Shown piece by piece: positions 49,620 through 63,923 of a DNA stretch of 64,000 bases; position 1 is the first letter of the stretch; the number at the start of each line of letters is the position of its first letter. The notes beneath the pieces are model-generated. The model made no database searches. It had not been told where the DNA came from and saw only the letters and a list, made by a program, of their open reading frames with translations. Source of the stretch: Dipteris shenzhenensis. Taxonomy: Eukaryota. Where the stretch lies: the NCBI GenBank assembly GCA_047967505.1, contig CM106538.1; one strand, 5' to 3'. The position numbers and the translations under genes are program-made.

Positions 49620-50900
49620 CAAGCATATTGTTCAACCACTCAAGTATCTGTGATTCTCTATCATCAATCATCTTTGGGATAGCTTTGAGGCTCCAAAAAC
49701 CTCACCGCATTAAAGATCCCCAAATCTGTAAATCTAGCAATAAAACAATTGATCACCAGTCCAAATGAGCTTCCCAAAACTATACTATTCTTTATGTTTC
49801 TAGAAATTCTATCATTCTCATGTATGCACAATACTATCTTGTTGTTCATTTTCATCTCTAGAATTTTTATCATTCTCATATTTATGCACAATGCTACCTT
49901 GTTTTCATTTTATCTCTAGATACTCCACCTTCTCCTTGAGTAGGGGAATCCTCTCTCTTTCTAGAGATAGGGAGAAACCTTCAGTTGTAAAGTCTAAAAT
50001 TAATTATACTTGTGGCTTCCATTTGTAAAAAGGAGCATATATGTAGTGACCTTCCCAATTGGCTTGCTAAAATGCATGAAGCAAGCTTTGAAAGCAAGTT
50101 ACAACAACTAAATTGGGCCCCTCTCATGACACTTGCATCATCAATAGCCATAGCTACCATACTTTCAAAGCTTAACCCCACGACTTGAAACATACCTCAT
50201 ACTCATCTCCAATAATAAAAATTTATACTTTTAAACTTTGTAACTTGCTTATCATCTTTCAAAATGTGATATATACTTTCTCTAATGTTGTGATTCATAC
50301 TTTCATCAATCATCACAAAACAAAATGGATTGAATGATATGTCTACAATTACTTGTTATTGAATAAAATCCCTCCATTCCATTAAAAATTGTCTTGCTAA
50401 AGCTAGATTTACGTAATACAGGTAGTCATTACAAAGAGACACATTTTAGAATTCCTATGTAATGATGGAGCTAAATTAAATATGGATACCTGTCTGATGG
50501 AATTAAGGCAAAATCAAGAATGAACACGTGTGATTAACGTTTATAAAGTGTCCCTTTGTATTTTTGTGTAATGACTAAATCCCTTCTCTAATATGAAAAC
50601 TTTCTCTAGCTCACAATTTTGGATAGCATGTCTCATTAAATTCTAATGATGCTTGATCAAGAATGTGCTTTCAAAGAACTTGCTTGCAATGATTGAGACC
50701 CTTCCTTAGCATACCCATTTCCTTTTTGGAACTTGGTAGAATACTCACATTTACTCACACTTAACTAATATTTTATATCCTATATTTATGGAATGTGAAA
50801 TACCATTGATTGTATATTGCCTTGTCACTCTTGTTTTCTCTTTCTTGTGTTGAAATCTCATCCACCTTGAAAGGTACAATGATGAATTTGTTATCCATTT
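49620..50900 (-). mobile_element. hAT-superfamily (ZNF862/ZMYM1-like) transposase remnant
   Basis: PFCFVMIDESMN (IDEST motif), MVAMAIDDASVMRG (TDGASVM motif), FIARFTDLGIFNAVRFLEP; heavily decayed. Confidence 0.7.
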
Positions 50901-53900
50901 TCATAAGTTTACCTTCCAATTCATATCTTGTTTGTTGGTGCTACCTTGAAAGGAAAATACAAGTAGGCTTACTTTAGTGGTGGTTGTGCACATGGACTGA
51001 ATCTTGTCTAGAGGATTGGTACATAAGGTCATATCATCATGGTACAAGAAAATTGTGGGTGATACAAGTTCCGTAACAATATTCATAATGAATCATCATG
51101 AGTTCTTAGTATTCACAGAAAAATTTCCAACAAAGTATTAAAAGGCCTTTTGGTGACAAGATTTTGCACATGAATTACGATACCATGGAATTACTCTTTA
51201 TAAATCGACAATACTCTCTTGCTAGGTAAAGGGCAGACATTGCAACATTAACAAAATAAACAAACATGTAATAAAAAAATAGTACAACATTTAATAAACA
51301 TTTGAACCCTTTTTGGCAATACTTATTCAAATAGTTAATCAGCCACCAACATTAATAGAAATATATGAAATAAGAGATATCATGGATTTCTAGGATGAAA
51401 TGATCAATCATCACATTCCAAAGATGCAACAACATTTCATCTCATCCAATGGGTTGCTAGGAGCTCCAACTATTTAACTTCTCAAAGCAAGTGTCTTTGG
51501 GGCTTGATCCAAGTCCTCAAGAGAAGATCCAACTGAGGAGCACCTCTAGTAAATACAAGAATGAATTTTTTCTTCATCAATGCTAGAGTCATAAGTTTCT
51601 CTACATCATAAAGGATCACCTCCTCAACTAAAGTTTGTAATGCATCCTTTCCTTAGCTCAAATTTGGATTGCATGGAAAAGTACTTCAAACTATGAATTC
51701 GAGTTTGAAAATAGATGCATCAAATGTTGGGTTGAGGAGTTTGATGCTTCATGAGATGCTTTCTGATCTAGAATAACTTATGACTTTGTGATAATGACTG
51801 AATTTGTGATAATGAAATAGCTCATCCATTTTCATAAGTTGGCCATCCCATCAAAGCTCTCCTCTTTCCATTTTCATAAGTTGGACATCCCATCAAAGCT
51901 CCCCTCTTCATAAATGTTGCTTGCATGGTCAATTATTCCTTGGTTTACTAGGTAGAATGATGACTATAATGTATATGTTGATGTAAGATTTTATATTAAT
52001 TGTTAGTTATCAATGGACCACTCCAATAAGTTTTGCAAAAATGTTCATAGCATGGTTGATTATTCCTTGGTTTGATGGTCGATAAAATGATGGTAACAAT
52101 ATTTATATTGGTGTGCACAAGTGCTAATCATAATCAATATTTCTTAACATGAAATGGCAACACCATCATTCTCATCAACAATGATCAAATAGTCAAAGCC
52201 ACAACCAAACTCGAATTAGGCACAAGCACACATTAAAAGAACAAAATACCATGGTTAAAAAAGGAAGCAGTATCATCACTATCATTGGCTCATAGCCAAT
52301 AAAGTTCAAATATCAAATTAGTAGCCTCACATAAAGTTCAAATATCACCAATGCCATCATTGTCATCATTAGTATAATCATAATTGTTTTCTCCCTCTAA
52401 ATTTACATTTGGAAGGAAAATACCATCTTTATCATCATCCCCTATATTACTTTCTTCCTTGACAGGGTCCTCATCAAACATCTCCTCCTCCCCCTAGGCA
52501 TCTAGAAATTGGAGTGGAGGGACGTTTAGATTGCGTGGAATAGGTAGGACATTAGAGTTACACTTCATCACGTGGAATGCCTCTTTGAGAGGATTGTGGG
52601 GCCTGCATGAATGTTCTAATTGAAGCTTGATTGTTGAAACTCTCACAGGCTGCACCTGATGGAGGCCAAATGCCTACTTGGGAATCAAGAGCTTCAACTA
52701 TAGATGCATTCACATTAAGGCCTTCAATTACAAGCCAATAAGCAACATTAACAAACCCTCAAGTATGGCTTATACATGGTTTGATGCATCGAAGTAACCT
52801 CCTAGTGACAACTCATTTTGATGGTTGTGCATGAACATTTTTTATTCTAGGCATTTTCAATTATGCATTTCCAATTGCAACTCGTTGACAAAAACAAGGA
52901 CACAAATACAAAGATGCATAGAGGCACACAAGTGCACATACGGGCATGAACACAAACACAAACACAAAGAGAGATGCACACAAGAATACAAGGCGAGTGC
53001 GAAACACAAAGATACACAAGTGCATACAACACCACTTAACATGTTTTATCACATGCAAGGCATCTCTACCTATCAATTACACTTGAAAATATCCAAATTA
53101 GACATAAGGAGAAAAGTCTAAACTCAAAACTCTACACATACATTCACATTTATTGGCAATCACAACTGTCGTTCACAAGTTTCCCAAAACAAGGAATTGA
53201 ATAGCAAACCAACCCCAAAAGAACAATGAACATGCACATTCATTGGCACTCACATTTTCGGTCCACCAAAACACAAGGAATTGAAGGACACCAACCCCAC
53301 AAGTACAATCAACACTTACCCCTTGTACCTCACATAACTAAAATCATGGCTTACCCACTAAGTCACCAATCAAACCTATGTACCACAATCTTGTTGAAGA
53401 GCCCTCCTTGATTCACCAGTGCATACAAGAAAACACAAGAAACTTGAAATTGGAGTGAACATTATAACAATTAGTATGGTCCACGCTCGCATCATTATGT
53501 GCCTATTATTGATGGTAATTGTCAAACTATCATTGCAAATGTCTTTGGATGGGAAGTAGTGCCATTTATAGTATGCATTTAGATGTGGTAATTAATAGCC
53601 CAATAGCGTGCATGCTTTTGAAAATAGTTTGCCTCAAATTTCATGTTTTCACATAGTATTCATGCCATCTTTGGGCGAAATTACACGAGCTAGTTGCACA
53701 TTAATACATACATGGATGTGATTCATAACACTAGCTAAAAGCATTTTCAAGCTTGCTTAGCACATACTGTAGATGTGAACACATCAATTTCAATGTACCT
53801 TTAAATCTTAATCTGGTTCCAAGATGAGCTTGCTTACTCATGGGAAATGCTTGACAATGGAAAGGATGGGAGATAGAGAGGGTAAGGACACAAAGCGACT

Positions 53901-55118
53901 CTACAAAATGTAGAAAAGGCCTTCCATTGCAATGTATTATGCCATAATTTCTTGTACAAATTGGATCCATTTATGCCTTGATGAGGCTTGGAATTTTGCA
54001 TGAGCAAGTCTTGTTCCTTATTATCAATGGTTGTGAAAATCCATACAAAACAAAGAAAAGGAACCAATAAGATACCAAAGAAGCCTGCACCTTAACTACA
54101 AAAAAAAAAAGAAAAAACACTTCTCCCTTCCAAGGATTTAATGCCCCTTGCATGAGAGGATGATGGCCAATTGCCAATTCCCTCTCCGCCCTTCTAGTGC
54201 AACTGCAAATATGTGTATACACAAAAGACAAACATGAAGTTTTAGAGATAATATCCCATTGCTTATGGGAACGACCTACAAACCAATAAATTTGGCTAGT
54301 GACCTTTAGGATGGTGGTCCACACAATGGATACGACATGACTTCACTTTGGGGATGGTTGCATGGCTCACAAAGGGAGTTCACACCTTCTCGATTGACCC
54401 AACCTCTCCAACATATATAGAGTCCATGACCAACAAGTCTTCCGAATAGACTGATGATGCATCACCGCCTTCCTGTGTATGCCTGATGCCCTTCAAGTGG
54501 CCTGCCCTACAAAAAGGAAAAGAGAGGGAGAGAGTGAGAACAAGAGAGAGATGACTTGGATCCGCACCAAGGAGAAGAGGGGGGAGAGAGAGAGAGAGAG
54601 AGAGAGGAAAGGTTGGAGATCACATGCCACCTATTTATTTTTGAAATTAAGAAAAGCAAATGTGGGCTTTTTTACTTCTTGGAGCATCGCCTTTACTTAG
54701 TCCTCCCCTTCAAGGGGGCCAAAAAATACAAGTGAAAGAAATGAATGACTTTTATCATTCATAAGGCTTGCCCAAAAGGTTGGCAAAGCCACAAGCAAAA
54801 GCAACACCACATTCTGCCGAGTATCGAATTTCAATTTATTAGTCACTTCCTCAACTTAAATATGTTGCTGCTAATGTCTTTAGTCACAAATTGAAGGAAG
54901 CAAAGGCAATGAAACCACACGCCTTTGACAAGAAGACATTGATTGATGAGAGTCACTAGGAGTCCCTTGCTAAATATGGAGGTGGTACATTATGAGGTGT
55001 GAGGCGAGGCAAGACATTGTGCTCCAAAGCTAGGATGTGATGTGAATTGGGATATTTGGTGGACTGTGAATTTGGAAATTGGAAGCTAATTAGGAGCAAG
55101 TGAGGGCATGCATGTTCA

Positions 55119-55154
<36 letters not shown>

Positions 55155-55463
55155 GGAAGTTCAAATAATATGTTCAATGTGGACCAATAGGCACAATTCA
55201 CTTTTCAATCCCAACATCGGGCAGGCCAAAAATCGCTGAACTTTATGGAGTGTTTAATGCATTCATCTCCAACATCATCACTAAAGAGGCATCAATGAAA
55301 TGTGGATTTCAAGGACATAACGAACATTTACATAGTGGAGCTTGGAAATTGTAGCCCTCGGGCGATGGCAGGCCGTTGCTCTGTAGGGGTCAGTTGTAGT
55401 ACAGATACAGGAACCCTATAAATACCAGGTTTCAGCGGACTATTTAATTTTATCTGCTCGAGT

Positions 55464-58400
55464 TTAATTTAGCCTTGACAGAGGTATCCGAACTACAGGA
55501 GCTTCATTAAATGGTAAGGGCTTGGTTGTGAAATCTCTAGTTGTGACGTTTTCTCGTTCCATGACGCCATCCTCTTCTTTGGAAACACCGATCCTTCCTC
55601 TGTATTTCTTTACAAGGACCTCTGCCGCAGGAGCGCACAGTTTTTCAATAGAGGTTTTAGTTGGCACATCTATAGGTCGTCTCTTAGGTGTTTGGTTCGT
55701 CGTGGGATCCTCCTATGAAACAGTCAATACGGAGGTCAGGCTATTAAATAGAAACGTAAAAGATCCAAACGTTAGACTGCTGAGAAATTCATCATGATGA
55801 CTTCAGCTAAAAACTTGAGAAGATCAAACGACATACTCTGTAACTTTCTTCAAAGCAACCAGCTGAAAATCTTTGCATCTCTTCAACTTTAGTGTGGTGG
55901 CAGCTCCGAAGGTTAGCAAGCGCTTGCAATTGGGAAGCAATACTACTCTGCAGTCCAGACTCTGCTTCATTTTCGCGATTGACAGTGTCTGCAGGCAGTT
56001 GAGTGATGTCAGATGTAAATCACAGAATGTTCACAATCCTTAACCAACATGTTCATGATGATCTGTAAGCACCTTGCATGTCTACAAGTAAACAGTTATT
56101 GCAAGACTCCACTTCATTTTCAGCTCCAGAACATGCGCGTTCAAGGTCGGTTCTTAGATTTGCATTGATGTCCTTAGCTTCCCTGCACACGATTGTGTTA
56201 GCCAGTTTACACGGAAAAATCAGCTATCCCAGCAAGATTTTGCAAGGATGTTTCAGAATCTGTAAGTCAGAAGACACACTCAGAAAAAATTATAAATAAA
56301 GGGACCAGGGAGATTGAACCTGACGATTGATTCAATCACTGGGATATGACTTTTTACATAATGATTTACAGAACATTGAGCCTGTTTCCATGTCTCTGAA
56401 GCATCGTTTGTTTCTTTCATACTGCATCAGGAAAACAAGTCGATAGAGCCAAAACTTGGCAGTTATACCATTGCATGTAGCATCTGTTTGTGGGATCCTC
56501 TTTGTAGAGATAATCCCTTATTACACAGCTTTAAAAATCTCTCTCTCTCTCTCTCTCTCTCTGTGTCACAAACACACACACACACACAGAGCAGTTTGTA
56601 ACATATCCACAAAACATACCTACACATTTTTCCAGATGCTTATTTATTTCTTGTGAACATACATACCGATCACACGTGTGAGTGTTTTGTGTTTCTATGA
56701 GGAGTTCTTACAAGACTCATACTTTCGGCCCGTCGTCTTCAATAGCAGCAAGTAAAAATTCAATGTGGGTTTGCTGTTTTAGAGTGCAGCAACTTAAAAA
56801 ATAAGGGAGCAGCCAAGATCTCAACAGCAACCGACTATCTACCTGGCACCTCTAGACCTTTGAGCCCGCATGCTCTCTGTCCAATGATCCCTCCACCTTA
56901 CTGCCCGGGTAGTCAGCCTAGGTGGACAGCCCTCCAAGCTCTTTGTCTGCAGCTTCTGGTTCCCTCCTAAATGTAGGCCCAAGAGAGGGTTCTTTGGTTG
57001 CTCCAATCTGCTGGTTCCTGCTGCTTGAGGTGATGCGCCTTGTGGAGGTCCCTTCAAAATAGCCAACCAAGCAGCCCCTAGTGGGCCTACTGGAGTCCTC
57101 CCTACCAGCCGACTGAAGGGGGGCTCTATAAAGGGCCCTTGTTTGCAAGCTTTTGCTGGCCCACTTGGCCACATGGCATCACAGCCATTGGCCTAGGCTA
57201 GTAAGCAGTGCTAGGTGTAGAGTAAAGTACCTACTGCTGTAAATATCTCCTCCCAAAAGTGACCCATAAACTTCGCATCTCTGTCACTGACAATTTCCTA
57301 AGGGAAACCATGATGCTTAAAGACAAGTTCAATGAATTGCCAAGCAACCTATGATGCTGAATACCGGGTATGAAATGGGCATGTTTTGTCATTCTATCCG
57401 CCACAACAAAGATGATGTCCCATCCCCTCTCTGTAGAAGGCAATCCTATGGTGAAATCCATTGCTATGTGCGTCCATTTGCCCTCTAGAATGGGTAATGG
57501 CTGCAAGAGACCTGCAAGTATTTTGCTGTTCACTTTATTATGTTGGCAAGGCAAGCATTCAAGTTAACCACATCTTTCCACATGCCTTCCCCTTGATTCT
57601 TTCATATGTTTTAGTGATACCCGCATGTCCCGCCATGGGAGAGGAGTGCATTTCTTGCAAAACTGATTGGCCGTATTTTGAGTCTGGCACTAAAGAAATC
57701 CTGTCTTGGCACCACAACAGCCCATTATGCAATTTGAAATCCGGATGACCCCGACTAGAAGGCTTTTGCAAATCTGACAATATGGGAGCTGCTTTAGAAT
57801 TCCGCATATACTCTTCTTGAATGCCATGAATCCACTGTAGAGATAGCAGACAAATTGCAAGTCCACAACTTGAACAAGGCATCTGCAAACCACATTTTCC
57901 TTCCCTTTTCTGTACTCAATGTCAAAATCATAGGATTGGACTGCAGCCAACCACCTCTTCTGCTTGTAATGAAGGGGAAAAAGAGGCCAAGTTAGAGGCC
58001 CTTTAGGGGGGGAAATGTGGAGGGACTATATAAGTCTCCATCCCTACTATGTACCTTTTTGATGTGACATCTAATCCTATCTACTCCCTCCTCCTTCCTC
58101 GTACGTGCTACCTACTCTCTCTCCCAATCTCACTCTTCCTCTCTCTCTTCCCCTCCTTCTACCCCCTTCCTCTCATTCTCCCCCTTTCCCCTCTCCCTCC
58201 TCCTCTCTAATCTGCCCTTTCCCCTTTCATTACATTGGTATCAGAGCCTTGACTCTGGCCACAGACTGCACGCAATAGGGCTCACCAACAATGCATCGCA
58301 GCTGTAGCAATGCTAACAAACAAACCAAAGGGAAGCAACGCTACAGGATGCTATACAAGAGAAGGGACAATTGAGCAACCTATCCCTTTACCAAGCCGAA

Positions 58401-61400
58401 TCAAAGGAGACATATATGATGAACTAGAAGAGCTTGAACTAGAACGACGCTCTAGAAGGATGTCTTAGAGACACTAGCCTCTCCTTCAACCGAACAAAGC
58501 ATGGCTAGCAGGAACTTTCATGAGCCTACCTGTCGACAAATCTTCATCTTCAACAGTCTCAAGGCTGTAAGCTTTGCACAACTAGCGACGAACTAAGCCA
58601 TCAACGAACTAAACTATCAAGCTAAACAACAGGTATAGCTATTCGGTCGCTCAAGCCCTTAGTCTGTCGCTCAGGCCCTCCGTATGTCAACCACCATAGC
58701 CTCAAGGAGGTTCCCATCACCCGCGTCCTTGCTCCCCCGTCGTCCCCGCTTGCCTCAGCCAACCAACCTTCGTCGTTTGTGCTTGCCTCAACCATCCACG
58801 CCACATCCCGCCCCGTCGCCGTCGTCGCGTCGCCCCATCACCAAGCAATGCCTGCAACAAAAACCTCAGCTTCCTAAGGTTCAATTAGCTAGGTTAGTTG
58901 GTTGGTTAGGTTAGTTTAGGTTTGGTTAGATCTAGCTAGTTAGTGGGTTGAGTTACCTTGTTTAGTTTTAGTTAGTTTGGTTTGGTTAGGTTAGACTAAC
59001 CAACAATCCTATCTACCTTAGGAGTCTTAGGTTATTGATGTAGGTGACTTAGGGACCCCCTCCCTCCCAAAAAAAAAAAAAAAAGTAAATAGTTCACTTT
59101 CAACCTCTTCTTAGGGGCCTTTCAGAGCCCGTTTGGAGCCATTTTGGCTCCGTTTTGAAGCTTCTTCGACGACCTTTCTTCTGAGCCTCTCCATCGACAT
59201 TTTCGTGTTTTCCACACACTATCTCAAGGGCTCATTACAACAAGGTTTTTGTTATCAATTTCTCCTTGCCTATATTCGAGCTCTCTCCAAGACCAGTTAC
59301 AATGGCACTGAAGCGTGCTCCTCTTGATATATCACATGACTCTGATGAGGCTACTCAATATGAGCAACAATGATTGCATCCACTGGTGGTGCAGAGGTTC
59401 CACCACAACCTCTCTCTCCTGCATCACGGGAAGTGCAAGCAATGCAGACGTAGTTTCTGGATGCCCTTTTCTCTATGCTCTAGGGTCCTTTCTAGGAGTT
59501 CAGCCAGCAGCTTACCACAGCCATGGCTATGCAAGATACGGCTCTTGTCCAGATGAGACAGCAGATTGGTTAACAAATCACATCTGCCATTGCTATGCAG
59601 GATAAGGGTAAGCAACCCGCACCCCAACAAGGGGACCATTCAAACAATCAAGATGTTTTATCTGCTCCACGCAGGGGTTTTATGGGAGATGCCTGTCGTG
59701 CCTATGAGCATCAGTCTTCTGGACCATTGCATGTATCCCAGCTTGGGGATTATCTGGACCTAGATGATGCATTTTCTGTGCCACAGAGCACCTTGCAAGA
59801 TGTCAAGCCATCTTTTGGCTCTCAGCTTTCTGCATCTATGCAAGCTGAGCCGTCTCTTTTGGGCCGACCCGTTGGGGTACATCCGGCTAGTGCTCCTTTC
59901 ACCGCACCACCGAGTATGCCTGGAGTTAGCTTGGGTTTATATGGCAGGCCACACCCCTGGGAGAGAGGTCAGTCCTCTTCTCAGCCCTTTGGTATGCCAT
60001 CATTTCAGAGAGATGCATTTGGCAAAGAGACCCAGCCCGAAGTTCATGCACCTATCGCTCCGCCAGCAAGCACATATAGCCAGACACAACCAATACATCA
60101 AATGGCAACAGCTTCTACACAGCAAAGGGTTGGTGATGGGCAGCAAGCCACTTTTGTTGACATGTTGGCATATTCTTTGCATTCATACAGGGCCCTACCT
60201 GAGGCCATCAAACTTGAGATGCCCTTCTCCGATTATGTGAACCTCAAGCGTGATGATGCCCACACTTCTGGAGGTTACACACAAGAATTATGCAGCCAAG
60301 GATATGAAGGACAAACTCACAGTGCATAACTTTAAAGGGGACACTCGCACTCCCAATGAGTTGGAGGAGTGGCTCACGAAGCTCGAAGACTATTTCCACT
60401 TCTACCCCAAGTCTGAGGAGGACCGCATTATGCAGGTATGCATATGCAAGACTATGCCCACACACGGTGGCGATACATGAGGGATTCGCCTCAGAAACCA
60501 ACCACTTGGAAGGGTTTCAAAGAATTGATGGTCACTACATTTGTATCTCCACTTGTATTGGATCAATACTTGGCTGAATTTTATGCCTTGTCACAGACGG
60601 GTACGGTCCAAGAGTACTTGCAACGCTTTTGGAGGCTTTCCCTGTTTGTGCAAGACGTATCTGAAACGAGAAAGCTACTGCGTTTCATCCATGGGTAAAG
60701 TTCTTCTCTCGTTGCAAATGTGAAGGCACATAACCCTCAAACAATTCAAAGGGCAACTCAGCTTGCAAAAGTATTCGAGCCTAAATATGCTAGCAAGCAC
60801 AGAAATGCCATGGGCAGCTCGCATGCTGTGGGGTATGACACTGAGTCGAAGCCTAAGTTTGCTGAGTGGACTGACAAGAAATCTGCAGCAGCACCATTTC
60901 CTCGCTTTCCTACTGTCTCGGGTAGTAAGATGCCGTATGCCAAGCCTTACAAGTATCCTGATGCCAAGCCTGGAGGCAAGCCTACTGCTGGAAATGAGCA
61001 GGCTGAGATAAAACAGCATACATGGGCAATAATGGACAGCAGAAAGAAGGCCAACTTATGTTTTAAATGTGGCGAGAAATGGACTCCTGAGCACAAGAAT
61101 GTGTGCAAGATGCGCAACAGTGGTACTGCCAAGCTCAACATGATCATTGACCTTTCAGATGACGAGGAATTGTTTGATGCCTCAGGTTCTTTGGATACGT
61201 CTCAGGATGAGATGGCAAATACACATGATGCAGATGGGGCTCCTGACACTGGAGCCACGAACGGCACCGACTTTCCTTTTGATCCTAGTGGTGCTACTAC
61301 GCATGACACTCATGCTTCGCATTCGTATGAGATTCTGCCCACTGGTGGCATGAGAGGCCGTAGGCCAACACTCTTTTTTGTGGAGCATCAGGATGCGGTA

Positions 61401-61854
61401 CCTTTTTATGCACATGAAGATGCAGGTGGTAATGCTCCCGTGAACGAGGATGAGGTTTATTGGGATGCCCAGCCAACACTTTATACTATTTCCATGCATG
61501 CCCTGATGGGTGCCAAAAGCGCTAATACTATTAGATTAACTGAGATGATTAATGGCAGGATTGTGCATGTGTTGGTGGACAGCGGTTATGTATTGCCCCA
61601 CACGATTTCCTATTCACACAAAAATTATTTTCTCGTAATCGATATAAAGATTGTCCCTTGACAGAAATGGGACCCTTAAAACGAGGGTGACATCATAGTT
61701 AACTTTGCTTAAGATCTTTACTCAATTGGGAAAGAGCCAAGGAAGAAAGAGATAAAAGAAAGGGGGTAGCAAGAAGGGGGTTTTAGTGAGGTATGAACAC
61801 AAGCATGAGTGCATGCAAGGGTTTTTCTGCATGCGAGCGCGCACGCGCGCGCAC

Positions 61855-61909
<55 letters not shown>

Positions 61910-63923
61910 ACAGCCTATCCCATACCAATTTTGAAGAAGTGCTTCCATGTGACAGTGTCTTGCTGCTATCTCACCAGACGCCTCAACCTTACTGTCTTCA
62001 GCCTGTTTAATATAGGACTCCCATTGGCTTTGAGTTTTGCATGCTAGATTCCCTACCCTTTTCATGCCATCTTGCAAAAGCCGTCTTTCCAATGTACCCC
62101 GTTCTCTTAAAGTTGAAACTGTGGCATGCACCTGGAGTATGGAGCAAGTTAGCCACACATATGAAACAAACAAAGAATATACTGCTGAAGCTGTTTGCTA
62201 AGACGAATATTACATGAATGGTAATCAATTTGGTGACAAGATTAAGAGTCCACCAATGAAGGAGTTTAAAAATCAATACAAAACAGTCTTAGGTAAGATG
62301 TATCAAATTTAGCACATACCAGAGCAGACTTTTGAGCTTTTGCCTTTGCAAAAAGCTCAGAGATGCTTTGCAGCATTTGTTGTTCTTCTTCCCTAGCCTG
62401 TTCCTATAAGCCAACCACTCAGCCGTTATCCCTTTTTTAATATTGCATTTCATGCATATAGCTATGGTATCAAAAGAAAAAAGCAAAATAAACCTCAAAT
62501 GTTCTTGCAAATGCTGCCAGACTGTCTTCTTGAGCCAAACTACTCTCATCAATACAGCGACTAAGCTCAGCAGCTTGTTTTCCGAGTTCATCAAAGGCAT
62601 CCAATGTGGCCCTTGAAAACTCATTAGTCGTCTGTAGATTGTTATGTGCTTCCTGCAAAGTCAAGGTACAACTCTTCAATTGGATATCTTTCATTACTCA
62701 TCGAAACTCACAGCTTCAGCTTCCTCATCAACATGGCCACTTTGTTTATGTACAAACTATAGGTGAGAACATATACAAGCAGGGCTTTCAAGTTTCAGCC
62801 TACCTCCCTCTGCTGCTGAGCAAAAGCTGCTATTTCCTTTTGTTGTTTTAAGAGAGTACTTTCCAGGTCCCGCAGGACCAACTCTGCCTCTAGTACAGCA
62901 TCACGTAACAACTGCACAGCCGAAGAATACCAAGAGGTTGAATAAATGCTACTATGATTGACAATGGCTTCTTTTAATCATTCTATGTTTTGCAAGAGCG
63001 AGTACATATATAGTAAGCCTCCTTACATCCTGCAGTGCCTTGGCATGGTCAGAAGTTGTACAAGCAACTCTGTCAAGCATCAAATTTGCACTTCTTTCAT
63101 GCGAGTGGGCCAGCTCATGCAGGCCTTCAAGGCGGGAAAAATACAGTATTTTCAAATCCTCCACTTTCCTTTTCAGTTCATCTGCAGACTGCAGTGAAAC
63201 TTCCAAATCAAACAGATGATCTACAATGATCCCTCCTCTCCACTGCTTCTTGAAAAAGGTCCTATATGCCTATTGCACCAAACATATTAAATGAGGTTTT
63301 CAATTACAAATTGGGTGATAAATACACTTTTTTTTGAAGACATAAATGCTTGAAGCTGTCCTTCAAAGGATGTGAGCTGTTCTTCTTGATGTTTCACAGA
63401 TGTGGACACAGCTTTCCTGAGAACTTCCAACCGTTGGGTAAGTTCTGATTGAAAGTTTTGAACCAACTTTATGTTTCCAGCTTCAACTCGCTCTTTCCGC
63501 TCTTCAAGACAACAAATATGAAACCCAAGTAAGAAAATTTGTGCCTAGGATGCCAACTGTGCATCAGACGACATGCATGGTAGGGAAGATAGATTTACCA
63601 ATTTTTGCAAATAGACCAGTCACATCTTGAACAGTCTGCTCTAAGTTTGAGTGTAAAAAGATGGTCTTTTCGAGAAGAGCGGCTTCTGCTTTAGGCAAGC
63701 AATAAAGACATGTGTAAGGGTTCATATCTGTGAAATATTGTTTAGATCTGAAGATATGAAATATTATTTAGGTCTAAAAAGACTAATCATTCATACTAAT
63801 TTTCTGCTAACCTGATTGCTTTTGGTTCAAGATGATAAATTCCTTTTCATCAATCTTATCGTTTGCCTGTCTGAGATCCTCCTGGACTTCGCTAATGGTC
63901 TGCTGTTTTTCCTCAAGTTCTTT
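55464..63923 (-). CDS. KIN5: Kinesin-5 (BimC/KRP125-like), 3' half (stalk and tail); the gene continues beyond the window end
   Basis: Eleven GT-AG exons join in frame: 63923-63812, 63685-63599, 63501-63326, 63188-63027, 62911-62804, 62652-62494, 62403-62320, 62131-61926, 56421-56320, 56182-56073, 55988-55837, plus the terminal exon 55712-55464. Protein includes RQANDKIDEKEFII, DVTGLFAKIERK, EDPTTNQTPKRRPIDVP and terminal RIPLSRLN*. Confidence 0.9.
56840..57964 (-). mobile_element. Gypsy RNase H/integrase fragment with an adjacent LTR-like segment, inside the kinesin intron
   Basis: YDFDIEYRKGKENVV, EMHSSPMAGHAG, GLLQPLPI..KWTHIAMDF, DRMTKHAHFIP; frameshifted. Confidence 0.85.
57965..61590 (+). 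mobile_element. 5' part of a Ty3/Gypsy element (LTR, PBS, gag, start of protease), inside the kinesin intron
   Basis: LTR 57965-58234 (TGTAATG...CATTACA); PBS TGGTATCAGAGCC at 58236-58248; gag NFKGD..LEEWLTKLEDYF, QTGTVQEYLQRF, CFKCGEKWTPEH; breaks off at protease VHVLVDSG. Confidence 0.9.
61854..61905. repeat. Compound (GT)n(GA)n microsatellite next to a kinesin splice donor
   Basis: Directly visible in the sequence. Confidence 0.95.

Noticed and set aside
56183-56259. Longer version of a kinesin exon using the AG at 56260-56261
   Set aside because: Introduces an in-frame TAG; the acceptor at 56183-56184 gives the correct phase
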